This document shows positions 44,588-53,491 of a DNA stretch of 64,000 nt, in pieces; the first letter of the stretch is position 1, and the number at the start of each line of letters is the position of its first letter. Position numbers and translations under genes: made by a program. Below the pieces are notes generated by a model. It was not told the origin of the DNA, searched no databases, and saw nothing but the letters and a program-made list of their open reading frames with translations. Source of the DNA: Candidatus Altiarchaeota archaeon (lineage in GTDB: Archaea; Altiarchaeota; Altiarchaeia; IMC4; SCGC-AAA252-I15); assembly GCA_043813075.1 (NCBI GenBank), contig JBDRLL010000041.1, positions 15,409 to 79,408 on the forward strand, in the 5' to 3' direction.

Positions 44588-44881
44588 TTAGCTCAACTCG
44601 AATCCTACAGTGTCCTTTATCAGGTCGCTTATCACAGTGTATTCGCCGGAATCCGGCGGCACTACCTGGACTATATTCTTTTTCCTCAGTTCACCGAGCC
44701 TTCCCTCCATCATCTTACCGGCGTCTGAAGACAGGATGATCAACGACTCATCATCCCTTATCCTCTCGTACACTTCGTCCATATTCTCCTCTGTCAGGAC
44801 GTACGTTGTCTTTATTCCAGCCAGCCGGAATCTGCGGACAGCATCCCTGCCCCCGATGAATACCACACTCTTCTCACTCAT
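44588..44881 (-). CDS. atpF: A-type ATP synthase subunit F
   Basis: 97 aa; [18 protein letters not shown]... is typical of V/A-type subunit F; operon position. Confidence 0.85.
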   Translation of the reverse strand: MSEKSVVFIGGRDAVRRFRLAGIKTTYVLTEENMDEVYERIRDDESLIILSSDAGKMMEGRLGELRKKNIVQVVPPDSGEYTVISDLIKDTVGFELS

Positions 44882-45909
44882 TTTATTAACCGCCCCAGCT
44901 CGTCCGGGCTTAGGCCCAGATGCTTTCCAATGAGAATGGTCTTTAGTCTTGATGTTTCGTTATACTTGTCTTTAACGTATTTAAGTATGAAGTACTGGCT
45001 TAGCGGATTCATCATCGCGCGGTAGCCAAGCTCCCTGTCGACGAAGGAGTTCAGCTGCCGGAGGATGTAGTCCGGGTCGTCTATGTTCTTCACGTAATCC
45101 TGGAGTATGCTGCCATATCTCGTCTCAGACAATGCCTTCACGGCGCCCACCACGTCGGACTGCACTAACTCGTCGAACCGCCGTCCATCAAGTACTGCCC
45201 GGACTCCTGAGGAATACTTCAACGGGTCGAAGCCGGACGACTTAGCCCTGAAAGCCAGGGCGACATCAATCGCCTCCACCCTGAGCCTGAGATACCATTT
45301 GAGGGCGCCACCCACAACACCTATCTTCGACACCAGTATGTCCCGCTCGACCATAGACTTCAAGGAAGACAAGCTCTTATCATCCCCAAGGTATTGAACG
45401 GCCCTTTTGATCACAACGGAATATTCGGGCATTATGCTGCACAAACCATCTATTGTAGGGGCCTTCGACGCTGCCTCAATCAGATTCCCGTCCATCAGTC
45501 CGAGGGGTGATAAAGAACTGATTATTTCAGATGACTGCATGCCGGATAGTATGCCACCCACTATCGTGGACACGTTCCTAGCATCCCATTCGCCAAGGAA
45601 AACTATGTTCAACTCAGCAGCCTCGCGGGCTGGGATCATTGAGGAGACCTCCTTAAGAACCCTCTTGAAGTGCTTCATCAACGCAGCCTCAATGGATTCA
45701 GGGTTTACCCCATCGGACTTGATGCCCCCGACTTCACGGGCGTAGTCACTGTTCTCAAGAGTGGTTATTACCTCGAACGCACCCCTAGACTGGAGGAAGG
45801 ACTCGTAGTCCCTCTGAGAGTACATCTTCGAGTACATTCCAGAAAGCCTACCCTGAGCATAGGAATACTTTGCGTTACCCAGACCCACTGTTATTGCAGG
45901 AAAGTCCAC
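44878..45909 (-). CDS. atpC: A-type ATP synthase subunit C
   Basis: 343-aa helical protein; N-terminal YSYAQGRLSGMYSKM...; operon position between E and F. Confidence 0.85.
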   Translation of the reverse strand: MDFPAITVGLGNAKYSYAQGRLSGMYSKMYSQRDYESFLQSRGAFEVITTLENSDYAREVGGIKSDGVNPESIEAALMKHFKRVLKEVSSMIPAREAAELNIVFLGEWDARNVSTIVGGILSGMQSSEIISSLSPLGLMDGNLIEAASKAPTIDGLCSIMPEYSVVIKRAVQYLGDDKSLSSLKSMVERDILVSKIGVVGGALKWYLRLRVEAIDVALAFRAKSSGFDPLKYSSGVRAVLDGRRFDELVQSDVVGAVKALSETRYGSILQDYVKNIDDPDYILRQLNSFVDRELGYRAMMNPLSQYFILKYVKDKYNETSRLKTILIGKHLGLSPDELGRLIK

Positions 45910-45911
45910 TT

Positions 45912-46463
45912 CTACTCGAACAATATCCTAGTCACCTTAGGCATTAGTGAAGGCTTCAGACGCCCGATATGCTGCCCCAGCCTGCCGTCAATCCTCGCGG
46001 AACCGTCCCTGGACTCTATTATGACCCCGAAGTCCCCGACATCAGACTCCCTCACCTCAAGCTTTGATTCAACGAGGCCCGCATACTTTCCGTCCACCAG
46101 TATGACCGGGTCTGGGCCGAGAAGCTCGTGCCCCTCAAGCATCTTACGGATTATCCCCCTCTTCTCATCTTCCGGGAGCTGTAGTATCCTCTCATGCAAT
46201 CCCTGGAAGAACTCCCCCAGCAGCTGGTTTTTGAGTGAAGACACCCGCCTAGCGGAATCCATCCTCGCCCTGCCCACAACCTGCTTTTCCACGGATGCGG
46301 CATCCTTCTCAGCCTGCCGGATTATCTTCTCAGACTCCCGTTCAGCCTCCTCCCGCACCTCAGAATCCAGTCTGGATATCTGAGACTCTGACTCGGCCCG
46401 TATCCGGGATATCTCCTCTTCAGCCTCTTTCCGGATCTTATCCTTCAAGTCTTCTAAACCCAT
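45912..46463 (-). CDS. atpE: A-type ATP synthase subunit E
   Basis: I use the internal start MGLEDLKDKIRKEAEEEISRI... (Met70 of tracked ORF 45912..46670). The longer ORF would overlap atpK. Confidence 0.8.
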   Translation of the reverse strand: MGLEDLKDKIRKEAEEEISRIRAESESQISRLDSEVREEAERESEKIIRQAEKDAASVEKQVVGRARMDSARRVSSLKNQLLGEFFQGLHERILQLPEDEKRGIIRKMLEGHELLGPDPVILVDGKYAGLVESKLEVRESDVGDFGVIIESRDGSARIDGRLGQHIGRLKPSLMPKVTRILFE

Positions 46464-46465
46464 CT

Positions 46466-46963
46466 TCAGAGTATTCCGCCAAAGTTCAGCATCATGAAGG
46501 CGACAAGCAGCCCGAACAAAGCCGCAATCTCGGTCATGACTATGATTATTATCAGCTTGCCCATGATCTTCTCGTTCCTGGCTAACGCGCCTATAGATGA
46601 TGCCGCCAGCATGCCCTGGAATACTGCTGATATGCTGGTCAGACCGACTGCAAGACCTGCTGAAAGGCATATGAACCCCTGTTCAATGGTCAAATCGCCC
46701 CGCCGTATCCCAAGGACTATGAGTATCGCACCCAACGCGCCGTAAATCAACTGCGTCTGAGGCATCAAGTCCAATACCAGAAACTTTCCGAAAAGCTTCT
46801 CATTCTCCGTGGTTGCTCCGATAGCGCTCTGCCCGGAAATCTGAAGGGCGTATGCCGCGGCTATGCCAGAGATTCCAATCGCAAACATCGCACCCAACGC
46901 CGCCAGGCCATTACCTGAAAATATCAGGGCGTGCAGTATGATGTTTGGTTCCGCTATAACCAT
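46466..46963 (-). CDS. atpK: A-type ATP synthase proteolipid subunit K/c, duplicated (4 TM helices)
   Basis: 165 aa with two hairpins. Hairpin 1 has MPQTQLIYG (Gln where the ion-binding Glu is expected). Hairpin 2 has VMTEIAALFG (Glu retained). Confidence 0.85.
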   Translation of the reverse strand: MVIAEPNIILHALIFSGNGLAALGAMFAIGISGIAAAYALQISGQSAIGATTENEKLFGKFLVLDLMPQTQLIYGALGAILIVLGIRRGDLTIEQGFICLSAGLAVGLTSISAVFQGMLAASSIGALARNEKIMGKLIIIIVMTEIAALFGLLVAFMMLNFGGIL

Positions 46964-46972
46964 TTAATCACC

Positions 46973-48961
46973 TCATGTTGTGTAAGTGTATATCCTTTCA
47001 TCTTTAAGTGGCTTGAACTCCTCCCCACCTCCAGTGTAGAATGCGTTGAAGAATTCAACATAATGAAGCCTTAAAGTATGCACGAAAGCGCCCATCGCGT
47101 TCATGAGTATGTTAGTTAAATGGCCTAGAATAAAAATGCATGAAGCCAGAACCACCCCGGCCACCGGTATCTGGTAGGCCATGTATGCTATGAGATTTAT
47201 GGTGAACGCCATCACACCGGTCGTCAACAGCAGGGCCATTATCCTCGCGTAGGATAGCGTGTTCCCCAAAAAACCGGAAACCTGGAGGTAAAACCCTATT
47301 GGACCCTCGTGGACGAACAGTGCGGCGAACCCCAGTGCGGCCGCGATTAATGCGGGAGTCGCATAGGACGGGCTTAGTGTGTGGGCTTCAGCAGGATACG
47401 CTGTCGCTGCTAGAGCTATGCCGGCCGCCATTATCAGGAACCATGACATGTACTTCAATACGGCGGTCCGGTAGTTTCCGTTGATCACGCTCTCGCAGAA
47501 TCCGAGAGTGAATCCGGTGAAGATGTGTAGGATTCCTATCGCACATGTTATCGCCAGGACCAGTATCATGTTCTCCCCGAGCATGGGGTCGAATAGTAGG
47601 GCTATGCTCTCTGATGTTGTGCCGAGGACGTATTCACTGTAGAAATTGCCGAAATAACTTCCAGTCAAGACTCCTCCGAATACTGTTGAAAACCCCACCA
47701 TAGCGGTTATTGTGGAAAAATCCTTCAGGGACTGCGAGTACTTCCCGTACATCCGGTAGAGGAGGAGGGAGGCAAACAGCATGAATATACCGTAGGGAAC
47801 ATCCCCCAGCATTATGCCGGAGAAGAGCATGAACGTGGGCGCGATGAATGGCGTGGGGTCGACCTCATTATACCTGGGTGAGGAGAACAGCCGGGTGAGT
47901 AGTTCGAATGAGCGGATTACCGGCGGATTATCTAGCAGCACCGGAGCGTCCTCAGGCTTCCAGTCCACTTCCACGGAATTCAAGCCCTGCGTGGACTCGT
48001 CTATGACGTCCAGTATCCGTTGGCAGTGCTTTCGAGGAGTCCACAGGCTGGCGTAAACCAGCTTTCCTGTTGAAGCCATGCTGGAGTAGACCTCGCAACG
48101 CTTCTTCTCTATCTCAAGAAGCTCCTTGTATACTATTAGCAGCTGGTAGTTCTCCTCATACAGCGCCCTCAGTCTCTTACGAGACTCCTCCAACGCCTTC
48201 CTGAAAGACTCGACCTCGATGCTCATCATGTCGGAGAGGCGGCTCAGATAGCCTTCGCCGAGGACTTCCTTGACCGGCTCGAACCTGCACTGGGAGAGTA
48301 TCTCGTTCAAATCGCCTTCATGATTCTCCAGCACGCAGAATGCCGCCGGCATCTTGTCGTCGGCTTCCCCATACGCAGACAAATACTCCTTCCCGAACGC
48401 ATCCTGGAGACGCGACTCCAAACGCTCCCTGAAGTCAGATGGTATTGAACCCGCGGTGACGTAGAGGAATCGTGATGGGCCGGAATACTTCATGTGGAAG
48501 TCGAAGTCACGGTATATCGAGTATTCAACAACCCTCGCATCCAGCTCCCCCACCATGGACTCCAACTGGGTTACGCTCTTAGAGTAGGAGTGCACGTCGT
48601 CTTCTATCGAGCCCGTTAGGAAGGACGCGTCCTCGATGATCTTTTCATGCAAGTCATCAACCCTGGTCTTAGGGGTCTTGTCCACGTTAAGAATATCCTC
48701 CAGGAAATTGGTTGACGGGCTGTGGAATGCCCCGAGCAATTCTATGAGAGAGTTAACCCTATGCAGTAGAGTGGACACTTGTTCGGCATGCTCTGCAGGA
48801 CGGTCCCTGCTGAGGGAATTCTCCTCCAGGAAATCCTCCCTAACGTAGTCCACCTGCACCACACCCTCTGAACGCAAGGCCCCTACGAGAGACTCCTTAC
48901 GCTCAGGCACCGTGACACACTCTATCCTACACATGCGGACAGGTCTGAACAACTTAAACAC
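46973..48961 (-). CDS. atpI: A-type ATP synthase subunit I (stator a subunit)
   Basis: 662 aa with an N-terminal cytoplasmic coiled domain and a C-terminal polytopic domain containing LSYARIMAL (conserved Arg). Confidence 0.9.
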   Translation of the reverse strand: MFKLFRPVRMCRIECVTVPERKESLVGALRSEGVVQVDYVREDFLEENSLSRDRPAEHAEQVSTLLHRVNSLIELLGAFHSPSTNFLEDILNVDKTPKTRVDDLHEKIIEDASFLTGSIEDDVHSYSKSVTQLESMVGELDARVVEYSIYRDFDFHMKYSGPSRFLYVTAGSIPSDFRERLESRLQDAFGKEYLSAYGEADDKMPAAFCVLENHEGDLNEILSQCRFEPVKEVLGEGYLSRLSDMMSIEVESFRKALEESRKRLRALYEENYQLLIVYKELLEIEKKRCEVYSSMASTGKLVYASLWTPRKHCQRILDVIDESTQGLNSVEVDWKPEDAPVLLDNPPVIRSFELLTRLFSSPRYNEVDPTPFIAPTFMLFSGIMLGDVPYGIFMLFASLLLYRMYGKYSQSLKDFSTITAMVGFSTVFGGVLTGSYFGNFYSEYVLGTTSESIALLFDPMLGENMILVLAITCAIGILHIFTGFTLGFCESVINGNYRTAVLKYMSWFLIMAAGIALAATAYPAEAHTLSPSYATPALIAAALGFAALFVHEGPIGFYLQVSGFLGNTLSYARIMALLLTTGVMAFTINLIAYMAYQIPVAGVVLASCIFILGHLTNILMNAMGAFVHTLRLHYVEFFNAFYTGGGEEFKPLKDERIYTYTT

Positions 48962-49259
48962 CCAGCTCCTTCAATACTGCGGCATAAGCCTTCTCAACGT
49001 TCTTACCGTAAGACTCTCTCAGCGTCTCAAGGAGCTTGTCGGCCTCCGCTGCAATGGACTCCGACTCCTTGCCAGCCCTTGACCCAGCGTCTTCGACAAT
49101 CTTAAGGGCCTTAACCCTGGCTTTGCCCTTAGCCTCGTTGATACGCGTCTCACGGAGTGAGTTGGCCTCCTCCAGTGATCTGCCGCTCTCCTCCTCCACC
49201 TCAGAAACCTTTGAGGCCAGTTCTGCCTCGTATTTTTTTAGCTCCTCTATGTCTTTCAT
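48954..49259 (-). CDS. atpH: A-type ATP synthase subunit H (peripheral stalk)
   Basis: 101-aa all-helical charged protein. It is the first gene of the operon and overlaps atpI by 8 nt. Confidence 0.7.
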   Translation of the reverse strand: MKDIEELKKYEAELASKVSEVEEESGRSLEEANSLRETRINEAKGKARVKALKIVEDAGSRAGKESESIAAEADKLLETLRESYGKNVEKAYAAVLKELGV

Positions 49260-49262
49260 TTG

Positions 49263-50864
49263 CTAGTCTTCCTCTAGCACGTGTCTTAGGACAACAGCGT
49301 ATCCAGGCCGTGTTATTAGTATACCTACGAGCACGCCCATAATAGTCGTGAAGGCGAAGCCCTTGAGCATTCCAGCGCCTATGCTGAGTATTGGAAGCAT
49401 TGCGGCGATTATCGTGGCTGCAGCGGTGAATATAACGAAGAATGCCCTCCGTATCTGCTCGGACACGTTGACGATCTCCCTCTTCTTGGAGGAGCCGTGC
49501 CTCTTCTTCATCATCGTCTCGTCTGTTATGACGATCTGGTCGTTGACTCCGGTGCCCACTGCAGCTATTATTCCAGCAACCGAAGGCAAGTCTATGCTCC
49601 AGTTCAGTATTGACGCGAGGCCGAGCACTATGACGACCTCGCTCACGTCAGTGAGTATTATGGGTATTGATACCGACAGCCTCCTGTAACGCAGGTATAT
49701 GACTACGCCGACAGTCAACAGTGCTATGACGCCGATCATGAAACTGTACTTTAGGAACTGCATGCCAAGCGTCGGTGGCGTCGTCGACTTTGAGCCGACT
49801 ATTGCCTTCGCGGGAAGATTACCTGAAGTCAACAGTATCTGGTTCGTCTGTATGGACTTCCTAGCCTCCTCCAGGGTGAAGTCCGAGCCGGTTATCTCAG
49901 CATTGTATATGCACTCGCCCTTCGTCTCGAAGTTCAGCTTCGGAGAGCTCTTCAATCCAGTCAACCCCATAATCCACTCGCCGTAGGATATGTTACCCTT
50001 CTCCACGCGAACCGTGTTGAAGCCGTTCTCCTCCAGCTTGTTTCTCAAACCCTCTGGAAGCTCTTCATCGTCGCCAGCCAGCAACACATTATCGAAGCCG
50101 TCAATCTTCAGTGAATTCAATTCCTTAAGGGCCTGCCGGTCGTTCGAATAGGCTATTACAGGTATCCTCGACCGGTTCACCAGCAGGTTCAACGCACTGT
50201 CGCCGTAGAATATCCTGTCTGAATCCTGGGATGACGACAGGTTGTCGAGTATGCCGTAAACCACTGTCGGGACTATGATGGTGGTGTTGACTGGACGGTC
50301 CACGAATATGTCGACAGGCCTGCCCCTCTTCCCGTCACCAACCTTCCCGAACCTACATGCGCCTTCCTTGTCGTGCCTGACGCGGACAGCCCACGTGAAA
50401 CCGTTCTGGACGGGGTATAGTTCCGTGCCGCTGGGGCCCAGGTCCACGGTAATCTCATCGCCGAGGACTGCGAGCTCGCCGTCTATCCGCTCCTCGAACC
50501 TCGCCTGCTGCTTCAGTATGTTCTCTATGTGCTGGACCTCCTCCGGGGAAGCGCCGGCAATCTGTATCAGAATATACTGGTCGCCCCAAGACCGTATGGG
50601 AATGTCCTTCAAGCCCATACTGTTCAGACGGTTCTCCAGTATGCCCCGCTCGACAGCCATTATATCCTGCCTTAAAGGCTTCTCCAACTGGAGTTGAAGC
50701 TCTATGCCACCCGCAAAGTCGAGGCCGTAGTCTATGCCGTTGCCCAAGCCGACGCCGGCATCACCGTTCATTGGGATGATGTTGGATATCAGGAGCAGTG
50801 AGAAGAACACTGAGACAGCCCACAAGACGACCTTCCAGTTGCGCAAGACCTTACCCCACTTCAT
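49263..50864 (-). CDS. secD: Protein-export membrane protein SecD
   Basis: Start taken at MKWGKVLRNWKVVLWAV... (Met20 of the tracked ORF), 1 nt after the secF stop. It has a large periplasmic domain and a C-terminal 5-TM bundle (VGTGVNDQIVITDE). Confidence 0.85.
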   Translation of the reverse strand: MKWGKVLRNWKVVLWAVSVFFSLLLISNIIPMNGDAGVGLGNGIDYGLDFAGGIELQLQLEKPLRQDIMAVERGILENRLNSMGLKDIPIRSWGDQYILIQIAGASPEEVQHIENILKQQARFEERIDGELAVLGDEITVDLGPSGTELYPVQNGFTWAVRVRHDKEGACRFGKVGDGKRGRPVDIFVDRPVNTTIIVPTVVYGILDNLSSSQDSDRIFYGDSALNLLVNRSRIPVIAYSNDRQALKELNSLKIDGFDNVLLAGDDEELPEGLRNKLEENGFNTVRVEKGNISYGEWIMGLTGLKSSPKLNFETKGECIYNAEITGSDFTLEEARKSIQTNQILLTSGNLPAKAIVGSKSTTPPTLGMQFLKYSFMIGVIALLTVGVVIYLRYRRLSVSIPIILTDVSEVVIVLGLASILNWSIDLPSVAGIIAAVGTGVNDQIVITDETMMKKRHGSSKKREIVNVSEQIRRAFFVIFTAAATIIAAMLPILSIGAGMLKGFAFTTIMGVLVGILITRPGYAVVLRHVLEED

Positions 50865-50865
50865 A

Positions 50866-51996
50866 TTAAACCCCCAGCATCCCCAGGATGCCCTTCCTCC
50901 TCTTCCTCGTCCTTGAGGCATTCCACTTTAGTATGCCCGCGTTCGTGAACCACGTCGTGAACAAGTCCATCAATAGCCCGAACATAAGCACGTATGCTAT
51001 CGTGTTGAGCGTTGGAATCTGTATGAGGAACGTGGTGACCAGTATCACTATAAGCATTGTGACGACTATGGTGGACGTCATCATAAGACCTGTCTTCATC
51101 GCCAAGTCTATGTTCTCGTCGACCTCGCCTGACTTGAACTTCTTAACCCTCGCAGTCAGGAGTATGTCAGTGTCAACGGAGTATCCGATAAGCATTAGCA
51201 AAGCCCCGAGGGACGCGGAGTCGAATGATATGTTGAACAGGCTCATCCCAGCCAACGCCATTATGGGGTCGCATATGGCAGCCTGTATGACCGCGACGGA
51301 CGGCACCATGTCCTTGAACTGTATGAACACGACGAGGCTCATCAGTATGAACGCCCAGAGGATGGCCCACTTTCCCTGCTCCCTGAACGTCTGCCCGAGC
51401 GTGGGTCCCACAGACTTTATGTTCATGTTCCGCTCCACAAGGTCGAACTCAGCCTTCTCGCCGGAATAGAATTCCACGGAACTCTCCAGATCCTTCTCAT
51501 CCAAGTCGAGGCCGCTGACCGTCAGCTTTTTGCCGTCGAGTTTTATGTCGTAGTTGGTGAAGCGGGATTTAAGCCTGTCGACGATGTCTGCAGGAGGCTT
51601 CTCGCTTAGTGTTGCTGTGGCCATGTCTACGAGCGATAGCTTTCCGACATGCTTTTGAAGTAGGGGGGCGACGTCTTCCTCAGATACCATGCTTGTCGTG
51701 ACTATCGTGAGCTTGTCTTCACCGGACGCTATGTCACGGCCGACGTACACGTTCAGCCCCGTCAGCCCCTTATCCTCCAGTGCAGAGGTTATCTTCTCGA
51801 CCTTGTCGCCGGAAATGTCTTTTGACAGCACCTCAATCCAGGTGCCGCCCTGGAATTCAAGCCCGTATGTCATGCCGTTGAAGAGTATGATTAGCACTGC
51901 GATGACAGTCCATACCAGGGGTATGACCGCCAGTATGCGGTAGTCCACCCTGGATATCATGCGGCTGTACATGCTTTCAAACAAGCTGTCAAACAT
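50866..51996 (-). CDS. secF: Protein-export membrane protein SecF
   Basis: 376 aa; GLEFQGGTWIEV, GYSVDTDILLTARV are typical of SecF. Confidence 0.85.
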   Translation of the reverse strand: MFDSLFESMYSRMISRVDYRILAVIPLVWTVIAVLIILFNGMTYGLEFQGGTWIEVLSKDISGDKVEKITSALEDKGLTGLNVYVGRDIASGEDKLTIVTTSMVSEEDVAPLLQKHVGKLSLVDMATATLSEKPPADIVDRLKSRFTNYDIKLDGKKLTVSGLDLDEKDLESSVEFYSGEKAEFDLVERNMNIKSVGPTLGQTFREQGKWAILWAFILMSLVVFIQFKDMVPSVAVIQAAICDPIMALAGMSLFNISFDSASLGALLMLIGYSVDTDILLTARVKKFKSGEVDENIDLAMKTGLMMTSTIVVTMLIVILVTTFLIQIPTLNTIAYVLMFGLLMDLFTTWFTNAGILKWNASRTRKRRKGILGMLGV

Positions 51997-52060
51997 GTCT
52001 AACTTATAGTATTACGGTTAAAAATCCGTTAAACGAATATTATACTGGAGTGTTAGCCGC

Positions 52061-52474
52061 ATGTTCAGGAAGATTGTGATTGGAGGCACCTTTAACGGGC
52101 TTCATGAAGGCCACAAGAGGCTTATAGAGACTGGATTTGAGAACGCGGAGTCTGCGGTGATAGGCTTGACTTCCGACGAGTTCGCCAACAGGTTCAGGGC
52201 AGAGGAGGTGAGGCCTTTCGAGTCCAGGATGAGGGAATTGGAGGAGTATGTCGGGGGATTAGGGAAGCCTTACAGTATTGTGGAGATAAACGACAGTTAT
52301 GGTGTAGCCACCATAGACCCTGAAGTCGACTCTATAGTGGTTAGCGAGGAGACTCTGCTGAGGGCTGAGGAGATCAACACCATAAGGTTCAAGAAGAAGC
52401 TCCATAGGCTTGTCATGATAGTCGTCCCCCTGGTTTTGGACGAGAAGGGTATTCCTGTCTCCAGCAGCCGTTAA
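52061..52474 (+). CDS. Archaeal phosphopantetheine adenylyltransferase (cytidylyltransferase-fold)
   Basis: 137 aa with VIGGTFNGLHEGHKRLI, a (T/H)xGH nucleotidyltransferase motif. Size and motif fit archaeal PPAT (COG1019-type). Confidence 0.7.
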   Translation: MFRKIVIGGTFNGLHEGHKRLIETGFENAESAVIGLTSDEFANRFRAEEVRPFESRMRELEEYVGGLGKPYSIVEINDSYGVATIDPEVDSIVVSEETLLRAEEINTIRFKKKLHRLVMIVVPLVLDEKGIPVSSSR

Positions 52475-52722
52475 CCGTACTTATGCTTCAGGTAGAGGAT
52501 TGCGAGAGCGCATAGGAACACCATTATGTTGGCTGTTATTATGACTGGATCTCTGGTGTAGATGCCGTGCGTCATCCATAGTATGGTGGAGACGACCACG
52601 AGGACGTACATTTTCCCGGACACGTCCTTCAGGCTCTTGGTTCTATATCCCTTGATCACCTGGGGTATGAATTGCGCGGCAGTGACTGCGACCGCAAGCC
52701 AGCCGACGTAGCGGAGAACCAT
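52471..52722 (-). CDS. SemiSWEET / PQ-loop family sugar transporter (3 TM)
   Basis: 83 aa from ATG 52722 (the track begins at TTG 52725). It has the PQ motif AAQFIPQVIKGYRTKS and three TM helices. Confidence 0.75.
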   Translation of the reverse strand: MVLRYVGWLAVAVTAAQFIPQVIKGYRTKSLKDVSGKMYVLVVVSTILWMTHGIYTRDPVIITANIMVFLCALAILYLKHKYG

Positions 52723-52725
52723 CAA

Positions 52726-53220
52726 CTAGACCTCCGCCAGCAGGACGGTGTAGTTCTTACCGTAATGCTTCGCGCATTTCGGGCACGTCGTGTAGAAGAA
52801 GTACATCTTCTTCGCATCCCTGCCCTTTGACTTGACGTATTCACCCATCTGCTTCGCCCACTTGCCGGCATCCCTGTATGGTCCTTCAAAGACTTTTGTG
52901 AGGAATGTTCCGGACATCCTGGTCATCTCAGCGCCTGGAACCTCACGGGACACTTCAATGTATATGTCGCTGCCCCACATTGACTTCTCGTCTGACAGCA
53001 TGAGCGGCTTGGGCGTTAGGGCTCCGGCCGCGGTAATCTTCTCCATGTCCCTGACTATGACTTTCCCGAAATTCAAGGGTATGTGGAATACGCTGGTGAC
53101 ATGATCCTTCAAGAAGAGCTTGCCGTCCCACATGACTTCCTTCCCGTCCCATGGTGCAGGGTCGAATCGCGGACAGCAGCCGGTCTCCGAATCCTCGTAA
53201 AGCTTGTCCATAACACTCAT
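52726..53220 (-). CDS. Conserved hypothetical protein (CCPxFDP N-terminal motif, C-terminal CPKC)
   Basis: 164 aa: GCCPRFDPAPWDGKEVMWDGKLFLKD ... FFYTTCPKCAKHYGKNY. I recall similar uncharacterised proteins but cannot name the family. Confidence 0.55.
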   Translation of the reverse strand: MSVMDKLYEDSETGCCPRFDPAPWDGKEVMWDGKLFLKDHVTSVFHIPLNFGKVIVRDMEKITAAGALTPKPLMLSDEKSMWGSDIYIEVSREVPGAEMTRMSGTFLTKVFEGPYRDAGKWAKQMGEYVKSKGRDAKKMYFFYTTCPKCAKHYGKNYTVLLAEV

Positions 53221-53248
53221 ATTAGCTTAATCACATTATAATACCAGG

Positions 53249-53491
53249 ATGATAGGCGTAGTCGACAGGGTCAGGCAGAGCATCGTTGACGGTAAGGAGG
53301 CGATAATACGGAAGATAAGGGAGATGCAGAAGCCCATACTCGACCAGAAGATCGACGAGATGCTGAAGGACGCCTCAAAGACCCAGAGGATAATGGTGAA
53401 ATACCTGGGCATAGGGAAAGGCATCGGCAGGAGACTTGGAGGATTCATGGGAGTGGGCAGAAGCCTGCTGAAAGCATTCAGAATCAAGTGA
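53249..53491 (+). CDS. Small charged helical protein, unknown function
   Basis: 80 aa with codon usage (AGG, ATA, AAG) like its neighbours. The competing minus ORF 53236..53487 is proline/hydrophobic junk. Confidence 0.4.
   Translation: MIGVVDRVRQSIVDGKEAIIRKIREMQKPILDQKIDEMLKDASKTQRIMVKYLGIGKGIGRRLGGFMGVGRSLLKAFRIK

Noticed and set aside
46464-46670. N-terminal extensions in the ORF track: atpE as 252 aa, secD as 552 aa (to 50921), and the lipoprotein 33626.. as 365 aa (to 34723)
   Set aside because: The extensions overlap the 3' ends of the upstream genes and encode Arg/His-rich junk. Internal Met codons placed 1-3 nt after the upstream stop give canonical N-termini (MGLEDLKDKI..., MKWGKVLRNW..., MKVKTLFF...).
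53236-53487. 83-aa minus ORF competing with + ORF 53249..53491
   Set aside because: The product is Pro/Phe/Ser/Leu-rich with no structure-like periodicity. The + strand product has neighbour-like codon usage and amphipathic helices, so I kept the + ORF at low confidence.
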